Assembly (NCBI GenBank): GCA_963825995.1
Contig: CAWGVH010000003.1
Coordinates: forward strand, 215,828 to 279,827
Direction of reading: 5' to 3'
Length of the DNA stretch: 64,000 nucleotides
Source: an uncultured Chloroflexia bacterium
GTDB taxonomy: Bacteria > Chloroflexota > Limnocylindria > Limnocylindrales > CSP1-4
Shown: positions 46,642 to 55,851 of the stretch, in pieces
Numbering within the stretch: position 1 is the first letter of the stretch
Layout: the number at the start of each line of letters is the position of its first letter
Notes under the pieces: generated by a model
What the model was told of the DNA's origin: nothing
What the model saw: the letters and a program-made list of their open reading frames with translations, nothing else
The model's database searches: none
Made by a program: the position numbers and the translations under genes

Positions 46642-47205
46642 ATGACTGTCCGCTCCATCCGATCGCTGCTCATGGGCCTCGGGGCGCTGCCGCTGGCGCT
46701 CGTGCTGGGCACTGGGGGCACCCTGGGCGCAGAGACCCTCGTCGAGAAGGGCACGCGTGGTGCGTGGACGGTCGTGGACACGGACGCCCAGCCAGGCGCC
46801 TCCTGTGCCTACGACGTCGACTCGACCAACGACCTTGACATCATCGAGGCCCGCAGCCCCCGGGCCTTCGCACGCGATCGCACGGCGGCCCGCGATGGCC
46901 AGTGGGTGGGCATCCGCTTCATCTTCCAGAAGTCGAAGCTCGATGGCGGGAACGGCGGCTGGGAGACCGTCTCCAAGACGCCCATGATCAAGAAGCGCGC
47001 CTACGACGACAAGGCCGTCGCCATCGGCCAGCGCGGCTGGCAGGCGGCCTACTCGGGCACTCCGCACTTCCGCGCCCTGGCCGCCATCCGCTGGTACAAG
47101 CCGGGCACGACGTCGAAGGTCGAAGGTGCCACGAGCCTGCGCTACCAGTGGTACGACATCGGCTCGGCTACCCCCGAGATGGACCGCTGCCTGCCTGAGC
47201 CCTAG
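46642..47205 (+). CDS. secreted protein of unknown function
   Basis: Signal-peptide-like N-terminus MTVRSIRSLLMGLGALPLALVLGTGGTLGA; GGGAGG upstream; 187 aa; no family recognised. Confidence 0.7.
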   Translation: MTVRSIRSLLMGLGALPLALVLGTGGTLGAETLVEKGTRGAWTVVDTDAQPGASCAYDVDSTNDLDIIEARSPRAFARDRTAARDGQWVGIRFIFQKSKLDGGNGGWETVSKTPMIKKRAYDDKAVAIGQRGWQAAYSGTPHFRALAAIRWYKPGTTSKVEGATSLRYQWYDIGSATPEMDRCLPEP

Positions 47206-47258
47206 CCTGACCCGTCAGGATCAGGACCCGGGGGAGGCATCGGGTCCGACCAGAACGA

Positions 47259-47296
47259 GACCCGGCCGGACCGTCCGGCCGGGTCGCTCGTTTCTG
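47259..47296 (+). terminator. rho-independent-type terminator after the secreted-protein gene
   Basis: GACCCGGCCGG accgt CCGGCCGGGTC (11-bp perfect stem) followed by GCTCGTTTCT. Confidence 0.6.
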
Positions 47297-47358
47297 CGAC
47301 AATCCGCGCAGCCGACCGGCACTGCCATCGCCGGCGCCCCTGCAGGAGACCCCGCCCC

Positions 47359-48792
47359 ATGAGCCAGCCACCCGCTGATCCCGCGCCCCTCGACGCTGCC
47401 GCCCAGCCTGATCCGGGCCCGGCCGTCGCCGACCTGGACACCATCGTCTCGCTCTCCAAGCGGCGCGGCTTCATCTTCCCGTCCTCGGAGATCTATGGCG
47501 GCATCAACGCGGTCTGGGACTACGGTCCGCTGGGCGTGGAGCTCAAGAACAACGTCAAGCGGGCCTGGTGGCGGGCCATGGTCCAGGAGCGCGACGACAT
47601 CGTGGGTCTCGACGCCGGCATCCTCATGCACCCCCAGGTGTGGATCACCTCGGGTCACGTCGGCTCCTTCTCCGATCCGCTCGTGGAGTGCGGCACCTGC
47701 CACCGCCGCTACCGCCTCGATGAGCTGCCCGGCGCGGAGGACCTTTCGGCCACCGAGCTGCGCGACGAATCGATCACCCAGCGCCTCGGCTTGGCCTGCC
47801 CCGCCGACGAGGGTCCTCTCTCACCGCCGCGTCGGTTCAACCTCATGTTCAAGACGCACATGGGACCAGTGGAGGAGGACGCTGCCGTCGTCTACCTGCG
47901 ACCGGAGACGGCGCAGGGCTCCTACGTCAACTTCAAGTCCGTGCAGCAGTCGAGCCGCAAGAAGGTGCCCTTCGGCATCGCCCAGATCGGCAAGTCGTTC
48001 CGCAACGAGATCAGCCCCGGCAACTTCGTCTTCCGCATGCGCGAGTTCGAGCAGATGGAGATGCAGTACTTCGTGCGGCCCGGAGAGGTGGCTGCCACGG
48101 CCTTCGAGGAGTGGCTGCCGGTCCGCCGCGCCTGGTACGAGCGCTACGGCGTGGAGCCCGCCCGGTTGCGCTTCCGCGAGCACGCCAGCGACGAGCTGGC
48201 GCACTACGCCAAGAAGGCCATCGACGTCGAGTACCGCTTCCCCTTCGGCTGGAAGGAACTGGAGGGCATCCACAACCGCGGTGACTTCGACCTCGGCAGC
48301 CACGCCCGCGCATCGGGCGAGAACCTCGAGTACTTCGACCCGGCCACGGAGGAGCACTTCATCCCCTGGATCGTGGAGACGGCTGCCGGCGCCGACCGGG
48401 CCGCCTTCACCTTCCTCATCGATGCCTACCACGAGGAGCAGGTGCGCGACGAGAAGCGCGTCGTGCTGCGCCTCCATCCGGAATTGGCACCGTACAAGGT
48501 GGCCGTCCTGCCGCTGCTCAAGAAGCGCCCCGAGATCGTGGAGCTCTGCCACCGCATCAAGGCCGACCTCAAGAGGGACATGATGGCTGTCTACGACGAC
48601 ACGGCCGCCATCGGCAAGCTCTATCGGCGCCAGGACGAGATCGGCACGCCCTGGTGCGTGACGGTCGATGTCGACTCGCTCGAGGACGGCGCTGTGACCA
48701 TCCGCGACCGCGACAGCATGACCCAGGAGCGCGTGCCCGCGGAGAACGTCAAGCGGGTCATCCTGGAGCGCATGGAGGCCGCGCGGGGCTGA
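47359..48792 (+). CDS. glyQS: glycine--tRNA ligase (alpha2 dimeric type)
   Basis: [30 protein letters not shown], class II motifs; 477 aa. Confidence 0.94.
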   Translation: MSQPPADPAPLDAAAQPDPGPAVADLDTIVSLSKRRGFIFPSSEIYGGINAVWDYGPLGVELKNNVKRAWWRAMVQERDDIVGLDAGILMHPQVWITSGHVGSFSDPLVECGTCHRRYRLDELPGAEDLSATELRDESITQRLGLACPADEGPLSPPRRFNLMFKTHMGPVEEDAAVVYLRPETAQGSYVNFKSVQQSSRKKVPFGIAQIGKSFRNEISPGNFVFRMREFEQMEMQYFVRPGEVAATAFEEWLPVRRAWYERYGVEPARLRFREHASDELAHYAKKAIDVEYRFPFGWKELEGIHNRGDFDLGSHARASGENLEYFDPATEEHFIPWIVETAAGADRAAFTFLIDAYHEEQVRDEKRVVLRLHPELAPYKVAVLPLLKKRPEIVELCHRIKADLKRDMMAVYDDTAAIGKLYRRQDEIGTPWCVTVDVDSLEDGAVTIRDRDSMTQERVPAENVKRVILERMEAARG

Positions 48793-48811
48793 GGAGGCCG
48801 CGCGGGGCTCA
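48774..48811 (+). repeat. 19-nt tandem direct duplication of the glyQS 3' end including its stop codon
   Basis: GGAGGCCGCGCGGGGCTGA (48774-48792) followed by GGAGGCCGCGCGGGGCTCA (48793-48811); 18/19 identical. Confidence 0.9.
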
Positions 48812-48824
48812 TTCGGCGACCTGG

Positions 48825-50264
48825 TCAGCCTGCTGCAGGCAGCAGCTCTGCCACGGTGCCCAGGTAGCGCTCGATGGCCCGCGCAGCGCGCTTGCCATCG
48901 CCCATGGCCAGGATGACCGTGGCCGCGCCGCGCACGATGTCGCCACCGGCGAAGATGCCGGGCACGCTGGTCATGCCGTTGTCGTCCACGACGAGGTAGC
49001 CCCACTCGTTGATGCGCAGGTCGGGCTCGCTGGAGGTGAGCATCGGGTTGCTGCGCGTGCCGATGGCCACGACCACCATGTCGCAGTCGATGACGTACTC
49101 CGAGTCGGCGATGGCTCGCGGGCGGCGGCGCCCGGAATCGTCCGGCTCGCCCAGCTCCATCATCTGGCAGCGCAGACCGGTCACCCAGCCCTGCTCGTTG
49201 CCGATGACCTCGACCGGGGAGGCCATGAGCTCGAACTTGACGCCCTCCTCCTCGGCGTGGTGGACCTCCTCGCGTCGTGCCGGCAGCTCATCCTTGCCGC
49301 GTCGGTAGGCCACGATGGCCTCCGTGGCGCCCATGCGCAGCGCCGTGCGCACGGCATCCATGGCCACGTTGCCGCCGCCCACGACGACGACGCGCTGACC
49401 CTGCAGCACCGGCGTGTCCGTGTCCTTGCGGAAGGCGCCCATGAGGTTGACGCGGGTGAGGTACTCGTTGGCCGAGTAGACGCCCTTGAGGTCCTCGCCG
49501 GGGATGCCCATGAAGACCGGCAGCCCGGCGCCCACCGCGATGAAGACGGCGTCGAAGTCCTGGCGCAGCTCGCGCAGCGTCCAGGTCTTGCCGACGATGG
49601 CGTTGACCTCGATCTTGACCCCCAGCTCCTTGAGCCGGTCGACCTCCTTCTGGACGATGTCCTTGGGCAGGCGGAACTCCGGGATGCCGTAGATGAGCAC
49701 CCCACCCGGGGCATGGAAGGCCTCGAAGACGGTCACGCTGTGACCGGACTTGGCGAGCTCGCCGGCCGCCGTCAGGCCGGCCGGCCCGGAGCCCACGATG
49801 GCCACGCGGCGCCCGGTGTCCGGGTCGTGGCGGCCCTCCAGTTCCTCGAGGTGCTCGAGGGCCCAGTCGGCCACGAAACGCTCCAGGGCGCCGACCGCGA
49901 CCGGCTCACCCTTCTTGCCACGGATGCAGAGTCCCTCGCACTGCGTCTCCTGGGGGCACACGCGCCCCGTGACGCAGGGGAGGGCGTTGTCATCGAGGAG
50001 GGATTCCGCGGCGCCCTTGAGGTCACCCCCGGCCAGCAGCTCGATGAAGCGAGGGATGTTGACGCGCACCGGGCAACCGTCGATACAGCGCGGGTTCTGG
50101 CAATCGAGGCAGCGCTCGGCTTCCTCCATGGCCAACACCTGCGAGTAGCCCAGGTTGACTTCCCGGAAATCCATGGCCCGGATGACCGCCGAACGGGCCG
50201 GGACCTCGTGTCGCTCGATGCGCATCCGCTCCCGGGGGGAGAGGTCGGGGCGCTCCGTGGTCAT
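48825..50264 (-). CDS. GltD-family NADPH-dependent oxidoreductase, large subunit of an NfnAB/SudAB-like pair
   Basis: Fe-S Cys clusters CLDCQNPRCIDGC and CPQETQCEGLC; GSGPAGLTAA FAD/NAD fold; 479 aa. Confidence 0.88.
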   Translation of the reverse strand: MTTERPDLSPRERMRIERHEVPARSAVIRAMDFREVNLGYSQVLAMEEAERCLDCQNPRCIDGCPVRVNIPRFIELLAGGDLKGAAESLLDDNALPCVTGRVCPQETQCEGLCIRGKKGEPVAVGALERFVADWALEHLEELEGRHDPDTGRRVAIVGSGPAGLTAAGELAKSGHSVTVFEAFHAPGGVLIYGIPEFRLPKDIVQKEVDRLKELGVKIEVNAIVGKTWTLRELRQDFDAVFIAVGAGLPVFMGIPGEDLKGVYSANEYLTRVNLMGAFRKDTDTPVLQGQRVVVVGGGNVAMDAVRTALRMGATEAIVAYRRGKDELPARREEVHHAEEEGVKFELMASPVEVIGNEQGWVTGLRCQMMELGEPDDSGRRRPRAIADSEYVIDCDMVVVAIGTRSNPMLTSSEPDLRINEWGYLVVDDNGMTSVPGIFAGGDIVRGAATVILAMGDGKRAARAIERYLGTVAELLPAAG

Positions 50265-51121
50265 CGCGGTGTGTCCGCCCCGGCGGCCTCAGCCAGCCCA
50301 TCGATGAGACAGCGACTGCCAGCGAATGATTCGCGCTCCACGTCGCGGTACATGGCCAGGCGATCGGCGAGCTGCTTGAAGTCGACCGTGTGGCCGTCGA
50401 ACTCCGGGCCATCGACGCAGGCGTAGACCGTCTTGCCGGCCACGCTGACGCGGCAGCCGCCGCACATGCCCGTGCCGTCCACCATGATCGTGTTCAGCGA
50501 GACCGTGGTGGGGATGCCATAGCCGCGCGTGACCTCGGAGACCGCACCCATCATGGGCACGGGGCCGACGGCATAGACGTGGTCCACCCCGCCGACCTCG
50601 AGGAGTTCCCGCAGCTCATCGGTGACGAAGCCGTGGCGGCCAGAGGAGCCGTCGTCCGTGCAGACGCGCACGTCGCCGTAGCGGCGCAGCTCCTCCTCGA
50701 AGATGACCCACTGCTTCGCCCGGCCGCCGATGATGCTGGTGACCTGCACGCCCCGTGCCGCAAGCCCCTGGGCGAGGGGATGCACGACGGCGGTGCCCAC
50801 GCCACCGCCGACGCAGACGGCATGTCCAGCGTCGATGAGCTCGGTGGCGCGGCCCAGTGGGCCGGCGACGTCCCGGATGGCGTCACCCACTCGCAGGACG
50901 CAGAGGTCGCAGCTGGTCTTGCCGACGGCCTGGATCACGAGCGTGATGGTGCCCGCCTCCGGGTCCGCGTCCGCGATGGTGAGCGGGATGCGCTCGGCAC
51001 CCTCCTCCCGGCGCACGATGACGAACTGGCCAGGCTGGCGCACCTGGGCGATGCGGCTGGCCTCGATGACGAGGCGCGTGACATTGGGCGAGAGGACCTC
51101 TCTCGTGACGAGTGGATGCAT
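50261..51121 (-). CDS. FAD/NAD-binding, 2Fe-2S small subunit of the NfnAB/SudAB-like pair (PyrK-like)
   Basis: PGQFVIVR, GGGVGTA, C-terminal CGGCRV...C cluster; 4-nt overlap with the upstream partner; 286 aa. Confidence 0.85.
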   Translation of the reverse strand: MHPLVTREVLSPNVTRLVIEASRIAQVRQPGQFVIVRREEGAERIPLTIADADPEAGTITLVIQAVGKTSCDLCVLRVGDAIRDVAGPLGRATELIDAGHAVCVGGGVGTAVVHPLAQGLAARGVQVTSIIGGRAKQWVIFEEELRRYGDVRVCTDDGSSGRHGFVTDELRELLEVGGVDHVYAVGPVPMMGAVSEVTRGYGIPTTVSLNTIMVDGTGMCGGCRVSVAGKTVYACVDGPEFDGHTVDFKQLADRLAMYRDVERESFAGSRCLIDGLAEAAGADTPR

Positions 51122-51389
51122 CGGTCCCCTTCAGCCTATCTGTCGACGTGTCGTGGCCATGGTGCTCTTCCCACAATGGACCGGCCGTCGGCGAATGCTT
51201 ACTAACCAGCGCACCATTTTGTCGGGCCGAAGGTCACAGCCCGCGACCTACGGTATCGCATCCCATGGCTTGACGGCCCGCACTCGTTCGGTGCCGCCCT
51301 GGCCGAGCCAACGCTCACGCCAGGCACGCTGCCCACCGCGCATCGGAGGTCCGACCCCCGCCGTGCGGGTCGCCGCCCCCGCGATCCAT

Positions 51390-51427
51390 CTAGGCCGTCG
51401 GCTTCTTGCTAGGCGGTCGGTTTCTTG
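51390..51427 (-). repeat. 19-nt tandem duplication of the FNR gene 3' end including its stop codon
   Basis: Plus strand CTAGGCCGTCGGCTTCTTG (51390-51408) then CTAGGCGGTCGGTTTCTTG (51409-51427); 17/19 identical. The second unit is the real ...KKPTA-stop. Confidence 0.85.
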
Positions 51428-52209
51428 CCCTTCGGCCAGTAGAGCTCCTTCTTGACGTGGAACTCCGGGAAGCCGGTCGCCATCAGGACGCTCTCCACGT
51501 TGATGATCATCTCCGGGTTGCCGCAAAGGTAGACGACCGTCTGCTCCGGCGTGAGGTGGTTGGCCCTGCAGACGTCCCCGACGACGGCCTCCGCGCGACC
51601 CGTGTGGCCGGCCCAGCCGGCGTTGCGGAGATCCGAGGGACGCGAGATGGTGGGCACGTAGGTCATGGGATAGGTGCCGTCCTGCTGCCAACCCTCCAGG
51701 AGTTCCCGGTAGCCCAGCTCGTCCTGGTAGCTGCAGCCGTGCAGCATGATCGTCCGGCGCGGCGTGCCCTGGGCCAGCAGGTGGCGGCTCATGGCGATGA
51801 AGGGCGCGATGCCCGTGCCGGTCGAGACGAACAGGTGCGTGCGCTCGTCATGAGGCTCCAGCATGAAGCGGCCCTTGGGTCCGATCATGCGCATCTGGTG
51901 TCCCACCGGCAGGCGCCACAGTAACGTCGTGAAGCGCAGGACCGGCACCTGGCGGACGTAGAACTCGTAGCCGTCTTCGCCCGTGTCGCCAGGGGCGGAG
52001 GCCACCGAGTAGGGGCGCTGGTAGAGCATGCCATCCGCGTAGACGCCGATGGTCATGTACTGCCCCGGCTCGAAGGGGGCAGCATCACCGTCCGCGCGGA
52101 CCCAGAAGCGGCCCAGGTCGCGTCTGTCATCCTCGCGCTTCACGAGCGTGGCGTTGTACTGCTCCGCCGCCGGCGTGATGACCCGTGTGTCGTGGGCGTG
52201 ATCGGTCAT
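51409..52209 (-). CDS. ferredoxin--NADP(+) reductase-type flavoprotein
   Basis: ATG 52209 (MTDHAHDTRV). RPYSVASAP FAD motif, GTGIAPF NAD(P) motif; 266 aa. The longer ORF-track N-terminus is rejected. Confidence 0.85.
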   Translation of the reverse strand: MTDHAHDTRVITPAAEQYNATLVKREDDRRDLGRFWVRADGDAAPFEPGQYMTIGVYADGMLYQRPYSVASAPGDTGEDGYEFYVRQVPVLRFTTLLWRLPVGHQMRMIGPKGRFMLEPHDERTHLFVSTGTGIAPFIAMSRHLLAQGTPRRTIMLHGCSYQDELGYRELLEGWQQDGTYPMTYVPTISRPSDLRNAGWAGHTGRAEAVVGDVCRANHLTPEQTVVYLCGNPEMIINVESVLMATGFPEFHVKKELYWPKGKKPTA

Positions 52210-52216
52210 GGCTGCC

Positions 52217-52222
52217 AGTGTA
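52217..52222 (-). promoter_or_regulatory. candidate -10 element (TACACT) 7 nt upstream of the FNR ATG, suggesting a leaderless mRNA
   Basis: Minus strand reads ...GAGTACACTGGCAGCCATG. No convincing -35 and no SD. Confidence 0.3.
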
Positions 52223-52406
52223 CTCAGTCGCCCGCCCGTCACCTTCGCGCCGAGCGGACTCCACTTGTCGGCCACAGGGACTGCCCCATGAGGGGCCGGA
52301 TGGCAGGTCGGTCCCGCCACCTGGTTGGAGTACCATTCGAGACGTCCACACCCTGACGCTGCGGCCCCCCATGCCCGACAGCCCACACCCCGAGGTTTCC
52401 CTGCCC

Positions 52407-55202
52407 ATGTCTGCTCCGACCCGGACCCAGTACGCCACCAAGCGCTACATCTACTCATGGGGAGACGGCCGCGCCGAAGGCGACGGCACCATGAAGGACC
52501 TCCTCGGTGGCAAGGGTGCAGGACTCGCCGAGATGACCAACGCGGGCCTGCCCACCCCGCCCGGCTTCACCATCACGACGGAAGCCTGCAACGACTACTT
52601 CGCGGCCGGCAAGCAGCTGCCTGACGGACTCTGGGAGGATGTCCTGGAGGCGGTCAAGGAGGTCGAGGCCATCTCAGGCAAGGGCTTCGGCGACCCGTCC
52701 AACCCGCTCCTCGTGTCAGTGCGCTCGGGCGCCAAGTTCTCCATGCCCGGCATGATGGACACCGTCCTCAACCTGGGCCTCAACGAGCAGACCCTGGCGG
52801 GCCTCATCGCACTCTCCGGCAACGAGCGCTTCGGCTGGGACGCCTACCGGCGCTTCATCGGCATGTTCGGCCGGATCGTCATGGGCGTAGACGCCGCGCG
52901 CTTCGACGAGCCGCTCGAGGCCCGCAAGCACGCCCATGGCCCGCACGCCAAGGACACCGACCTCACGGTCGATGACCTCAAGGCGCTCGTCGCCGACTTC
53001 AAGGCAGCCGTCAAGGCCGACACCGGCACCGACTTCCCGAGCGACCCGAACCAGCAGCTCGACCTGGCCATCAAGGCCGTCTTCGCCTCCTGGTTCGGCA
53101 AGCGCGCCAACGACTACCGCAACAGCCAGAAGATCGCCCACGACCTGGGCACGGCCGTCAACGTCGTGACCATGGTCTTCGGCAACATGGGCGGCGACTC
53201 CGGCACTGGCGTCGCGTTCACGCGCAACACCTTCGACGGCACCAAGGAGCTCTACGGCGAGTACCTCGTCAACGCCCAGGGCGAGGATGTCGTGGCCGGC
53301 ATCCGCACGCCGAATCCGATCAGCAGCCTCAAGGACGAGATGCCAGAGGCCTACGAGGAGTTCCTCAAGATCGGGCACCAGCTCGAGGCCCACTACCGGG
53401 ATGTCCAGGACCTCGAGTTCACCATCGAGCGCGGCAAGCTCTACATGCTCCAGACGCGCATCGCCAAGCGGACCGCCGCTGCGGCCGTCAAGATCGCCGT
53501 CCAGATGGTCGAGGAAGGCGTCATCTCCGAGCGGGAGGCCGTCGCCCGCATCGAGCCCGCCCAGGTCGACCAGCTCCTGCGTGCCCAGTTCGATCCCAAC
53601 GCCCGCAAGGGTGCCCAGAGGGTTGCCAAGGGCCTCAATGCCTCACCCGGCGCGGCCGTGGGTCGTGCCGTCTTCAACGCCGACACGGCCGTCGAGTGGG
53701 TCGAGAAGGGCGAGAAGGTCGTCCTCGTTCGTGTCGAGACGAGCCCGGACGACTTCCACGGCATGGCCGTGGCGCAGGGCATCCTGACCGCCCGCGGTGG
53801 TGCCACGTCACACGCGGCCGTCGTGGCCCGCCAGATCGGCAAGCCCTGCGTGGCCGGCTGCGCTGAGCTCCTCGTGGACTACGCCACCATGACCGCCACG
53901 TCCAGCCTGACGGACGTGACGTTCGGCGAGGGTGACTGGATCAGCGTCGATGGCTCCACCGGCGAGGTCTTCGTGGGCGCGCTGCCGACGGTCGAGGCTC
54001 GCTTCGAGGATCAGCCGGAGCTGCAGCAGATCCTGGGCTGGGCGGACAAGATCCGCCGCATGCAGATCTGGACCAACGCCGACAAGCCGGAGGAGGCCGA
54101 GCAGGCCCGCGGCTACGGCGCCCAGGGCATCGGCCTCTGCCGCACAGAGCACATGTTCCGCGAGGGCGAGCGGCTCGAGATCGTGCGCGGCGCGATCCTC
54201 GTGGCCAACGTCGCCACCCGCGCCAAGGCGAAGGTCGCCGCCGGCGAGGCGCTCTCGGCAGATGAGAGCGAGGCGCTGGCCACGTTCGACGCGGCCATGG
54301 CCAAGCTGGAGGTCCTCCAGCAGGGCGACTTCGAGGGCATCCTGGCGGCCATGAGCGGCCTCCCGGTCGTCGTCCGTCTCATCGACCCGCCGCTGCACGA
54401 GTTCCTCCCCAACCTCGAGGAGCAGCTCGTCAAGGTGACGCGCGCCGGAGATGCGGCGACCGAAGAGGACAAGGAGCTGCTGGCCACCATCAAGTCGATG
54501 CATGAGCAGAACCCCATGCTGGGTCTGCGCGGCTGCCGTCTGGGCCTCATGATCCCGGACTTCGTCAAGATCCAGACCCGCGCCATCCTCAACGCCGCCG
54601 TGGCGGTCAAGAAGGCCGGCAAGGATCCGCGGCCGGAGATGATGATCCCCCTGGTGGGCCACGTGAACGAGCTCATCGCCACGCGTGCCTTGCTCGACGC
54701 CGAGGCAGGGGCCGTGGTCGCTGCCGCTGGCGAGGAGATCGATTTCAAGTTCGGCACCATGATCGAGATCCCGCGGGCCGTCTGGGTCGCGGACAAGATC
54801 GCCGAGCACGCCGAGTTCTTCAGCTTCGGCACCAACGACCTCACCCAGATGACGTTCGGCTACAGCCGCGACGACGCGGAGGGTGGCTTCCTGCTCAAGT
54901 ACGTCGAGGGCGTGGCCATCCCGGGCGAGGACAAGCCCTTCCCCATCCTCGCGGAGAACCCCTTCCAGACCCTCGACGACGTCATCGCCGACGAGATGCA
55001 GATGGCCGTGGACAAGGGCCGCTCGGCGCGCCCCAACCTCAAGGTCGGCATCTGCGGAGAGCACGGCGGCGACCCCGCCTCGATCCACAAGTGCGAGAAG
55101 ATCGGCCTCAACTACGTGTCGTGCTCGCCGTTCCGCGTCCCAGTGGCGCGCCTCGCGGCGGCCCAGGCGGCCATGTCTGGCGCGGGCGACCGCGACAAGT
55201 AG
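52407..55202 (+). CDS. ppdK: pyruvate, phosphate dikinase
   Basis: ATG 52407; MKDLLGGKGAGLAEM; catalytic His region GGATSHAAVVARQ; C-terminal GICGEHGGDP; 931 aa. Confidence 0.94.
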   Translation: MSAPTRTQYATKRYIYSWGDGRAEGDGTMKDLLGGKGAGLAEMTNAGLPTPPGFTITTEACNDYFAAGKQLPDGLWEDVLEAVKEVEAISGKGFGDPSNPLLVSVRSGAKFSMPGMMDTVLNLGLNEQTLAGLIALSGNERFGWDAYRRFIGMFGRIVMGVDAARFDEPLEARKHAHGPHAKDTDLTVDDLKALVADFKAAVKADTGTDFPSDPNQQLDLAIKAVFASWFGKRANDYRNSQKIAHDLGTAVNVVTMVFGNMGGDSGTGVAFTRNTFDGTKELYGEYLVNAQGEDVVAGIRTPNPISSLKDEMPEAYEEFLKIGHQLEAHYRDVQDLEFTIERGKLYMLQTRIAKRTAAAAVKIAVQMVEEGVISEREAVARIEPAQVDQLLRAQFDPNARKGAQRVAKGLNASPGAAVGRAVFNADTAVEWVEKGEKVVLVRVETSPDDFHGMAVAQGILTARGGATSHAAVVARQIGKPCVAGCAELLVDYATMTATSSLTDVTFGEGDWISVDGSTGEVFVGALPTVEARFEDQPELQQILGWADKIRRMQIWTNADKPEEAEQARGYGAQGIGLCRTEHMFREGERLEIVRGAILVANVATRAKAKVAAGEALSADESEALATFDAAMAKLEVLQQGDFEGILAAMSGLPVVVRLIDPPLHEFLPNLEEQLVKVTRAGDAATEEDKELLATIKSMHEQNPMLGLRGCRLGLMIPDFVKIQTRAILNAAVAVKKAGKDPRPEMMIPLVGHVNELIATRALLDAEAGAVVAAAGEEIDFKFGTMIEIPRAVWVADKIAEHAEFFSFGTNDLTQMTFGYSRDDAEGGFLLKYVEGVAIPGEDKPFPILAENPFQTLDDVIADEMQMAVDKGRSARPNLKVGICGEHGGDPASIHKCEKIGLNYVSCSPFRVPVARLAAAQAAMSGAGDRDK

Positions 55203-55248
55203 CTCGCCAGGGGCGAGCAGCGCCCACCTTGTCAGCCTCACGCACAGG

Positions 55249-55290
55249 AAGGGCCCGACTGCCTTGAGCGGCCGGGCCCTTTGGATTTCC
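55249..55290 (+). terminator. terminator-like hairpin after ppdK
   Basis: AAGGGCCCG ... CGGGCCCTT (9-bp arms with an inner GCC/GGC pair) followed by TGGATTTCC. Confidence 0.5.
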
Positions 55291-55374
55291 GGCAGGGCTG
55301 GCCGAGCCGTGTATACTTCGCCACGTGCGAACTATCCGTATCGTCAACACTATGTTCACGGTCAGAAGTGACGC

Positions 55375-55851
55375 GTGATCCCCTCGACTGACGACCCGAC
55401 GACGCCGGACGTGGAGGCCATCCTGGGGCATTTCGGTTCCCTGATGCGCCACGTCGCGGGGTGGCACGCGCCCGACTTCCTGGGCCTCGAAGTCACGATG
55501 TCCCAGGCCAAGTGCCTCTACGTCGTGTCCCTCCGCCCAGGCATCGGCATGTCGCTCCTGGCCGAGCAGCTCGACATCGGGCTCTCGTCGGCGAGCGGCC
55601 TGGTCGACCGCCTGGTCGAGCACGGCTACCTCGAGCGCCACGAGGACCCTTCCGACCGGCGCCAGCAGCAGGTGCTCCTGACACCCGCCGGAGCTGCCGT
55701 CGTGGAGCGCATCCGGGAGCTCAACGCTGAGCTCCTGCGGCGGCTTCTGGCGGGCTTGACGGACACCGAACTTCACTCGCTTCGGGTCGGCATGGCCGCC
55801 CTTGACCAGGAAGCTCAATGCATCAACCAGGCTGAAAGGACGACGTCATGA
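55375..55851 (+). CDS. MarR family transcriptional regulator
   Basis: Winged-helix pattern MSLLAEQLDIGLSSASGLVDRLVEHGYLERHEDPSDRRQ; 158 aa; ATGA overlap with the RND gene. Confidence 0.88.
   Translation: MIPSTDDPTTPDVEAILGHFGSLMRHVAGWHAPDFLGLEVTMSQAKCLYVVSLRPGIGMSLLAEQLDIGLSSASGLVDRLVEHGYLERHEDPSDRRQQQVLLTPAGAAVVERIRELNAELLRRLLAGLTDTELHSLRVGMAALDQEAQCINQAERTTS

Noticed and set aside
47206-47358. T-box leader expected upstream of glyQS in Gram-positive-type bacteria.
   Set aside because: The spacer is only 153 nt and is mostly occupied by the upstream gene's terminator. There is no T-box consensus (…GGTGGTACCGCG…) and no specifier-loop architecture.
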